Origin: Myxococcota bacterium
Lineage (GTDB): Bacteria > Myxococcota_A > UBA796 > GCA-2862545
Direction of reading: 5' to 3'
NCBI GenBank assembly: GCA_965216925.1
Contig: CBDCGT010000001.1
Span: forward strand, 86,047-118,046
DNA: 32,000 nt
Shown here: positions 26,155 to 32,000 of the stretch, piece after piece
Position numbering within the stretch: the stretch's first letter is position 1
How the letters are laid out: each line of letters begins with the position of its first letter
Translations under genes and position numbers: made by a program
The notes under the pieces: model-generated
What the model was told of the DNA's origin: nothing
The model's database searches: none
What the model saw: only the letters and a program-made list of their open reading frames with translations

Positions 26155-26461
26155 GAGGCGCCTCGCCCGCAAGTGCGAGCTGGACCGGGGAACGTGTCCA
26201 GTCACGTCAGAGAGACGGAGAGGATTACCACAGGAGAACGGCCTGGCCGGGCGGGATCTGCATTCCGCTGCGTTTTGGGTGTAGAGCCCAGCCGACATGT
26301 TGCGCCACCCCTCGGATCCATTGGTTGAGTGAGGCGTGGCGCGGTGTGACCCGATGGGTGCTATGATCGGACTTGAAACAGGGTGGTTGGTGTGCTTGCT
26401 GTGCGCGTGCCACGGCATTCCAATTGTCCACGACTCGAACATGTGGTCGCGCGGGTACTGG
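26155..26461 (-). promoter_or_regulatory. 307-nt non-coding region upstream of the BREX operon: presumed promoter plus 5' leader. It contains the inverted repeat CTGGAC-N10-GTCCAG (26180-26201) about 25 nt upstream of the brxE ATG.
   Basis: No credible ORF on either strand. It is the only sizeable gap upstream of twelve co-oriented genes. The inverted repeat was read directly. No confident -35/-10 assignment is possible by eye. Confidence 0.3.
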
Positions 26462-27331
26462 CTAGTCCAGTTCACCGCAAAGCTCGCTGTGGTCGAGTTC
26501 GGACCAATCTTTGGCGTAGTTCCGGAGTTGCTCGACGTTGGCCAGGTATACTTCCAGGTTCCCCTTCGTGCAGCCCTTGTAGTCAAGCGATAGCTGAAAT
26601 GCCGCGCGTTGGGACGTCAACTCCGCGGACTCCTTCAGCTCCGCCGCGGCCTGATTTACCGCTGTGACAACGCTGCCACACGACTTGTCTGTGAATGAGT
26701 GGTGCGCCGCGCCGATCAGGTCGCCTAGACTAAAGTTGAACCGCCGTAGTGCGACCTTGAGCTGTGCGTTTCGCGCGGCCAGGGGATCGTCGGCGTCCTT
26801 CGCCAGGTCGTCGGGAGTGGCGACTTCGACAAGAATGCGGATCAGAGGGTGCTCGAAGAGCTCTACTGCGGAGACAACGTATGGGAAGTGACGCTGGGCC
26901 CACGTGCGAATACGGTCCGCTCCGAGCTTCTGCATTGCGGCGTCCTTAACGGGGGCTTGGAGTGTACTTCCCAGCTGATCCGTCAACCGTGAGACGACGA
27001 GGGGTGGGGCGGGCTTGAGCGTGCCAACTGAATCGCAACCGGCAGGGAATCTGGCTGCATCTGTCGGTCCCCCGTACGAAGGGCCAGGGGTACCATCGAC
27101 GCCATTGCCATAGACGGAGTCCAACGGCAGGTGAATGACCACGGCTCGTGGCCGTTCTGGGTCCGTTGGCTGAAACGGCCCAGAAACTGCGGCGCCGAAT
27201 GGATCCGGCGCATCTGGTGAGAACGGATCCCGGCTTCCTTCCAGCGCGCTTTCGTCCTGGCCGAGCTCAAGGCCGTCGTCTTGGGCACCAGCGACGCCCA
27301 CCAGGATGGTGGCGAACAGAAACGATGTCAT
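26462..27331 (-). CDS. Secreted protein of unknown function (289 aa), translationally coupled to the MACPF-like gene
   Basis: ATG 27331 overlaps the upstream TGA (ATGA). N-terminal signal-like MTSFLFATILVGVAGAQDD. Four Cys in the mature part (AGCDS, KSCGS, KGCTK, ELCGE). The track ORF start at 28009 is an out-of-frame shadow of the upstream gene. Confidence 0.6.
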   Translation of the reverse strand: MTSFLFATILVGVAGAQDDGLELGQDESALEGSRDPFSPDAPDPFGAAVSGPFQPTDPERPRAVVIHLPLDSVYGNGVDGTPGPSYGGPTDAARFPAGCDSVGTLKPAPPLVVSRLTDQLGSTLQAPVKDAAMQKLGADRIRTWAQRHFPYVVSAVELFEHPLIRILVEVATPDDLAKDADDPLAARNAQLKVALRRFNFSLGDLIGAAHHSFTDKSCGSVVTAVNQAAAELKESAELTSQRAAFQLSLDYKGCTKGNLEVYLANVEQLRNYAKDWSELDHSELCGELD

Positions 27332-29088
27332 TCCTCGCTGCCTGACGTCAGGGGCGCCTGCTTTGCGGTGGTGTAGTGCTGAAGCCAGTCGTTGTCGCAT
27401 CTGTAGGGCTTGGTTTTGGTAAGTGCAAGCCAAACTGCGGGGTCGTCCGCGGGCGGCGTGAGCCGTCGAGTTACAGTGAGATGGAGGTCGCCTCCCACCC
27501 ATGAGCCGACGGTCGCGGCCCCCTCTTTCGGAATCATGTATTCTTTCCATTCCCAGTCTTTCTTTGGCGTGGTGGTAACCACGACTGAAACGCTGTAGTC
27601 GGGCCGCGGCATTATTCGCCACTCTTGTTCGTCTTGCTTGCTTGGACGTCCATATAAGACCCGATATCCACGGCTTTTGGTTGTCGGGTCCCCTTCGATG
27701 TTGACGGGCATCTTCGCGACCCCCTCGCAATAGGTGTCTCCCGCTGTCGGGTCTCCGTAGGGGTGGGCACGGTAGTGGACGAAAATGTGGTCGAGAAGGT
27801 CGGGCGAAGGCTGTGAGACTAGGACCTTCTCTAGAACCGCGGCTGTGTCTTCTGCAGTGCAACCCGGTGGTGGACCAGATGAGCTCCCAGTCGTTCGGTA
27901 GTTTTCCTTGGCGAGAGCGACGCACTCTTCCGCATGTGCAACTATGGTGCTCTGTGCGTCTTGGATCATGCTGTTCCAAGCTGCTAGTTGAGCCTGGCCT
28001 TCCGCCCATTGTTCCAGGTGTGGCCTAATGCGATCCAGAAGTACGGCCTGGTGGTTCACCGTCTCTACCGCTCGGAAGAGGTGGCCCAAGTCTGCCGTGT
28101 CCGGAATGCCAGCAGTCGCCCGTCGGCGATTGATCTGGAGTTTTGGGTACGGCCGCAAAACGTATACCAGTGGGATTGGTTCGAGCTTGCCGGTCGATAG
28201 CTCGTTGAGGAGCGTGGTCTGGTGCTGAGACCAGGCATCACGGAAGGCGCCCAGCATCTGGGTACCCTTGGCGGTGGAGAATGCGCCGACCCCAGACCCT
28301 GAACCATCGGCATGGTATTCCCAAGACAATTCTAGGTTCATATCGTTTGTGATTTCATCGATTTCGACAGCGCCGGTATAGCCGGCTTCTACGCTGGCGA
28401 TGTGGCCAAGGCGTGCTGCAGACGTCAGCGAGAGTCGGTTCTTTGTGTACTCCTTCTTCTTCTGTGCGCTAAACCTAACGTTTCCTGTCGCGTATGCTTC
28501 TGTGCCAACGTGAACCTCCGCAATATAGTGTGTTCCGCAATGGTCGCGCAACGCCTGTTCACCACCACTTCTCCACGCTTTGCGTGCCTCGTCCGTCAGC
28601 TCGATTTCGTTGGTGGGCACGGAGTAGATTGCCGAGGTGAGGGCGATTTCGCCGAGTATGGAGATTGTCTCTTCCGACCTTGAACTGCGCATCACTGATT
28701 GTGTTTGCGCGCTGGCACCACCGCCGGCTGCCCCTAGCCCAAAGCTTCCGAGTGCCCATGCGTAGCCGTCGTGGAACGCGGAGCGAGAACGGTACGTTGT
28801 GTGGTGGTCTAGACGTCCTCGCGCCTGCTGGTAAACATTTCCCTTGCCTGGTGGATTTGGGGAGTAGACAAGGCAGCGTGCTCGCGCGCGCGAATCCGCA
28901 GAGCCTAGGTCGACGCCAACACCGAGCACCGTTGACGCGGGTTCCATCCAGTCGGGCCGGGATTCGTCGCGAATTGCTACAACCTTGATTTCGTTTTCGG
29001 CTGCCTCAGCTGTTGCCGGAGCATTTGCGCAGATCAGCGCGAGAAGGAGGGAGGCTCGTCTTGTCGGCATTTCGACTATGGTTGTCAT
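27328..29088 (-). CDS. Secreted MACPF-like (membrane-attack complex/perforin-type) putative pore-forming protein (586 aa)
   Basis: GAGGA lies 5 nt upstream of ATG 29088. Sec-type signal MTTIVEMPTRRASLLLALICANAPATAEA. CGTHYIAEVHVGT (nt 28501-28539) is close to the MACPF signature (Y/W)-G-(T/S)-H-(F/Y)-x6-G-G, in the context ALRDH-CGTHY, like F..YGTHY of C9/perforin. The CDS call is solid. The family call rests on one motif plus size and secretion. Confidence 0.55.
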   Translation of the reverse strand: MTTIVEMPTRRASLLLALICANAPATAEAAENEIKVVAIRDESRPDWMEPASTVLGVGVDLGSADSRARARCLVYSPNPPGKGNVYQQARGRLDHHTTYRSRSAFHDGYAWALGSFGLGAAGGGASAQTQSVMRSSRSEETISILGEIALTSAIYSVPTNEIELTDEARKAWRSGGEQALRDHCGTHYIAEVHVGTEAYATGNVRFSAQKKKEYTKNRLSLTSAARLGHIASVEAGYTGAVEIDEITNDMNLELSWEYHADGSGSGVGAFSTAKGTQMLGAFRDAWSQHQTTLLNELSTGKLEPIPLVYVLRPYPKLQINRRRATAGIPDTADLGHLFRAVETVNHQAVLLDRIRPHLEQWAEGQAQLAAWNSMIQDAQSTIVAHAEECVALAKENYRTTGSSSGPPPGCTAEDTAAVLEKVLVSQPSPDLLDHIFVHYRAHPYGDPTAGDTYCEGVAKMPVNIEGDPTTKSRGYRVLYGRPSKQDEQEWRIMPRPDYSVSVVVTTTPKKDWEWKEYMIPKEGAATVGSWVGGDLHLTVTRRLTPPADDPAVWLALTKTKPYRCDNDWLQHYTTAKQAPLTSGSEE

Positions 29089-29238
29089 CGGGGTCCTCGA
29101 TTAGTGACGGAAGAATACTCGTGAAGAGTCGCATATCAATTGGAAGTATTCAACCGGCAGCACGAAGCATTCTCGGATGCACCTGCGGTCGGGCGAACTC
29201 ACGACGTCTTTTAGTCGAATGAAGCCCACAGAAGAGAC

Positions 29239-29766
29239 ATGTCGTTCTCCAGCATCGAGATCCCCCAGGCGAACGACGTCGACCTGATCTTGAAGCTCGT
29301 CGCCATCGTCGTGGCCGGCGAGGAACTCACCCCAGGCTCTCTCGGCGTCGTCGAGCGGCAGGTCGGCTACTACCGCGTGGCCGCTCGATGCCTTCGAATG
29401 GTCGATGCTGACTGCCGCCCAACGCCCACCGGTCGGGTGATCGCGGGTCTCGACCGCCGCATGCAGCTGGCCCGCCTCGCCATCGCCTTCGACTACTCCG
29501 AGTGCGGGCGCGCGTGGTGTCGCCGCTCCGGCGTGGCCTCATTGGTCAACGTCGATGTCGCGACAGCCAAGGAGTTCGTCCTCGCGCAGGACGGACCACC
29601 TGCGGTTCGCGACGGCGTACTTCACGATTCACGGCTTCGAGGATTTGACGACACCTCTCGAGAGTGCCCGGATGCATCTGCTTGTAGGAAGCTCGACGGC
29701 TCGAGAAGAAATCACCGACGTCATCGCGATGTTCCGACACAGCATCGAGCGCGGGCACCCAACTAG
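29239..29766 (+). pseudogene. ORF whose first roughly 118 codons (29239 to about 29592) look like a genuine N-terminal domain. The rest is out-of-frame read-through of the PLD-SNF2 gene, so there is an apparent 1-nt frameshift at about 29593.
   Basis: G/C third-position bias is high in this frame up to ...AKEFVLAQD (cag gac, 29587-29592) and then collapses. The +1 frame picks up high GC3 and a sensible sequence from gac cac ctg (29594) onward: DHLRFATAYFTIHGF. Skipping G29593 gives a continuous ...KEFVLAQD-DHLRFATAYF... protein. Confidence 0.45.
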
Positions 29767-32000
29767 GCGGAAGCGAGAGCTGGCCCTTCGCCTGTACCGA
29801 GCACTCCTCGGTGGCAGCGCTCGCATCCGCCACATGGACGCTCGGTACAAGAAGATGCACGCGAAGGTCGCAATCTTCGATGACCGAGCGGCCTACGTCG
29901 GATCGGCGAACCTGACTGGGAGCGGCCTGCGCCGGAACATCGAGGCGGGCTGTGTCGTCGTCGAGGACAACGAAGTCACCTTCTTCACGCAGCGCTTCGA
30001 CGACTATTTCGACCAAGCAAAGCACCTGCTCGACCAGGTCCTACCACCGCTCGAGGAGTCCTGGAGCCTGGCCGAACCCGCGGCCCCGTATCTGCTGTAC
30101 CTACGGGCCCTCTTCGAGGTTTTCGGCGATGTACCAGCTCCGTCGCATCAGGGCAGGTTCAAGCTGGCCGCGTACCAGAAGATGATCGTCGGGTCGGCCC
30201 TCTCTGATCTCCTTCGTCACCGCGGAGCCATGTTGATTTCCCCCACGGGAACCGGGAAGACGGTGATGGGGGCGTACATCGCCTCGGTGATGCTGGCAAA
30301 AGAGTGTCGTCGGGTCGTGGTCTTGCCGCCGAACGAGGCCGTTGCGGACAAGTGGCTCCACACGATGAGGGCGTTCCACGTGACCCCCGAAATCCTCACG
30401 CACGGCAGGGTTCAGGGGAAGGGGAAGAGGTCCGAGCGCACGGCTCGCCATTTGCAGGAGGTGCTCGGAGACCTCGCGCCGACCGACCTTCTGATCGTCG
30501 ACGAGAGCCATGCCTTCCGAAACGACGAGACCAATGGCTTCGAGGGGCTCATCAGCTACCTGGGTGGCGCTGGCCCGGAGCGCCCGTTCATCCTCTTGCT
30601 GACCGCCACGCCGGTCAGCGCGGTGCCGGAGGAGATCAATCGCCAGGCCGTTCTGGCGGGTCTCGGGTGCCGAATCGGGTCTATCAACGACGTGTCCACG
30701 GCAGAGGGCATCGTGAACGTGTCGCTTCCGTTCATTGTGCAGCGATTCGGAGTGACTACCAAAGAGGGCGACCGCGCCCTCGAGTTCGGTGACGAGCGGC
30801 GCTTCTTTCCTTCGGTATCGGGGCGGACGAAGGAGTACGAGACGCACCTGGACGCAGTGTTCGAGGCCATCTCGGGCATGGAGCTCGCCATGGGCGTACC
30901 TGACGAGGAGCTCGGTCTCTTCGACGACGTGCCGATGCTCAAGAACCGGGGCGGAACCGGGTTCCTGCGGGTCGTGCTCTGGCGCTTGGCGGAGAGCAGC
31001 GTGGCTGCGCTGGTCGCCGGCCTGGAGCGGATGCGCAGCCGAATCGCCGCCGGTGAGTGCACGCCGCTGCGGCGCGAGCGGTTCTTCGAGGGGCTCGATG
31101 CGCTCGACGAGCTCATCGCGGAAGCCGGTGATGATGCCAAGCTCGACGAACTCCTGAAGCTCCTGCCGGAGGAGAGGCACGAGAAGACGCTCATCTTCAT
31201 CTGCCACCGCGATACCGCCGAGTACCTTGCTCAGGCGATCGGGCGGCACCTACCCGAGCTTCGTGTCGAGGTGCTCACCGGGGAGACATCGCGGCCTGAC
31301 CGGGACAACCTGGTGAAACGCTTTGCGCCAGTGGCGAATGGCCGGTCGCGTCGCAGGCGCAATACCGACATCGACGTCCTGGTGGCCACCGACACGCTGT
31401 CCGAGGGGCTCGACCTTCAGGACGCTCGTACCGTCATCAACTACGACCTCCATTGGACACCGATGCGGCTGATTCAGCGCATGGGACGGGTCAATCGACC
31501 GACGACCGAGCCGCGCCATGTCTGGGTGTGGAACTTCTACCCAGGAACCGAGGTGTTCGAGCGTCTCGTCGGTCTCCACGGGCGTCTGGGGACGCGTTCC
31601 GAATACTATCGGGACCTCGCAGGTACCGTCGTGACGGGGGACTACGACCGGACCCTCCGAGACATAGAAGAGGCCGATGTCGGGGCTGTCCGAGCCATCT
31701 ACGAGGGCCAGGACTACGAGTCGTTCTTGGACCGACTGCCCCAGACTACGAGCCAGGTGATGCAGCTGGGGTGCGCATCCGCCGCCGACCTCGCCGATGC
31801 CAGGAGCCTGCCAGTAGGTGCGAGATCATGTCGTGTCGGAGACAGGCCCGGGCTGTTCTTGCTGCTCAAGGTCGATGACCTGGACTCTCCCCACTGCGCC
31901 TTCTTTCCGGCTGTCGGCGAGCCAGACTTCGCACCGTGGGTTCGCGGCTTCGACCTGGTGCTCGGCTACATCGAGTGCGAGCCCGGGCAGGCTGGGCTCG
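29555..32000 (+). CDS. PLD-family (single HKD) nuclease fused to an SNF2/DEAD-like helicase. It is 3'-truncated by the window edge, and its 5' end is uncertain (ATG 29555, or fused to 29239 via a frameshift).
   Basis: Own translation; the frame is open from 29441 to 32000 and is not in the ORF track because there is no stop. HKD motif HAKVAIFDDRAAYVGSANLTGSG (nt 29858 onward, H-x-K-x4-D-x6-G-S-x-N). Helicase motifs: LISPTGTGKT, LLIVDESHAFRN, ILLLTATP, VLVATDTLSEGLDLQ, NYDLHWTPMRLIQRMGRVNR. Confidence 0.85.
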   Translation, partial: MSRQPRSSSSRRTDHLRFATAYFTIHGFEDLTTPLESARMHLLVGSSTAREEITDVIAMFRHSIERGHPTRRKRELALRLYRALLGGSARIRHMDARYKKMHAKVAIFDDRAAYVGSANLTGSGLRRNIEAGCVVVEDNEVTFFTQRFDDYFDQAKHLLDQVLPPLEESWSLAEPAAPYLLYLRALFEVFGDVPAPSHQGRFKLAAYQKMIVGSALSDLLRHRGAMLISPTGTGKTVMGAYIASVMLAKECRRVVVLPPNEAVADKWLHTMRAFHVTPEILTHGRVQGKGKRSERTARHLQEVLGDLAPTDLLIVDESHAFRNDETNGFEGLISYLGGAGPERPFILLLTATPVSAVPEEINRQAVLAGLGCRIGSINDVSTAEGIVNVSLPFIVQRFGVTTKEGDRALEFGDERRFFPSVSGRTKEYETHLDAVFEAISGMELAMGVPDEELGLFDDVPMLKNRGGTGFLRVVLWRLAESSVAALVAGLERMRSRIAAGECTPLRRERFFEGLDALDELIAEAGDDAKLDELLKLLPEERHEKTLIFICHRDTAEYLAQAIGRHLPELRVEVLTGETSRPDRDNLVKRFAPVANGRSRRRRNTDIDVLVATDTLSEGLDLQDARTVINYDLHWTPMRLIQRMGRVNRPTTEPRHVWVWNFYPGTEVFERLVGLHGRLGTRSEYYRDLAGTVVTGDYDRTLRDIEEADVGAVRAIYEGQDYESFLDRLPQTTSQVMQLGCASAADLADARSLPVGARSCRVGDRPGLFLLLKVDDLDSPHCAFFPAVGEPDFAPWVRGFDLVLGYIECEPGQAGL

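Noticed and set aside
26351-26370. Small hairpins (for example CCGAT-N10-ATCGG) downstream of the secreted-protein operon as intrinsic terminators
   Set aside because: The stems are only 4-5 bp with no following T-tract on the transcribed strand. That is not sufficient to call a terminator.
29113-29151. 7-bp inverted repeat GAATACT...AGTATTC (25-nt spacer) in the divergent intergenic region
   Set aside because: The arms are short and the spacer long in an AT-richer 150-nt region. This is compatible with chance, and no supporting promoter elements could be placed relative to it.
30101-31249. 382-aa minus-strand ORF
   Set aside because: It is antisense to the plus-strand frame that encodes clear SNF2 helicase motifs (GTGKT, DESH, TATP, QRMGRVNR). 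The plus-strand gene is missing from the track only because it has no stop in the window.

Overview
High-GC bacterial DNA (single 60-nt lines hand-counted at about 68% GC in the central genes) that is essentially one phage-defence island. No rRNA, tRNA, CRISPR array, transposase or integrase was seen.

(1) BREX locus, 5469-26154, minus strand. It is complete, and its gene content matches the rare type 6 architecture: a brxE-position gene, brxA, brxB, brxC/pglY, pglX, pglZ, brxD and an Lhr-like brxHI. Ten of its eleven gene junctions are 4-nt stop/start overlaps or gaps of 4 nt or less. Three non-canonical cargo units are spliced into this coupled operon:
- a 499-aa protein with a PD-(D/E)xK-like N-terminus, between brxC and pglX;
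- an RloA-like ABC/AAA ATPase plus RloB-like (AbiLi/AbiLii-type) pair, between pglX and pglZ;
- a 143-aa unknown ORF, between brxD and brxHI.
In addition, BrxHI carries a C-terminal DEDDy (RNase D/WRN-like) 3'-5' exonuclease domain.

(2) Three-gene plus-strand cassette, 656-5453. It converges on the BREX 3' end, with the two stops only 15 bp apart. Its genes are translationally coupled: an XRE-type HTH, then a 1174-aa fusion of Ser/Thr kinase, UvrD-family helicase and Cas4/AddB-like four-Cys PD-(D/E)xK nuclease, then an AlbA_2/Schlafen-like protein. I do not know of a named defence system with this architecture, and it is my top candidate for something undescribed.

(3) Lower-GC block, 26462-29088, minus strand. 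It encodes a signal-peptide protein with a MACPF-like signature (CGTHYIAEVHVGT), coupled to a second secreted four-Cys protein.

(4) PLD (HKD) nuclease-SNF2 helicase gene, about 29239 to beyond 32000, plus strand. It runs off the window and is absent from the ORF track because it has no stop. It is apparently separated from its own N-terminal domain by a 1-nt frameshift near 29593.

Many long ORFs in the supplied track are antisense or out-of-frame shadows typical of high-GC DNA. Several true genes start well inside the listed ORFs.
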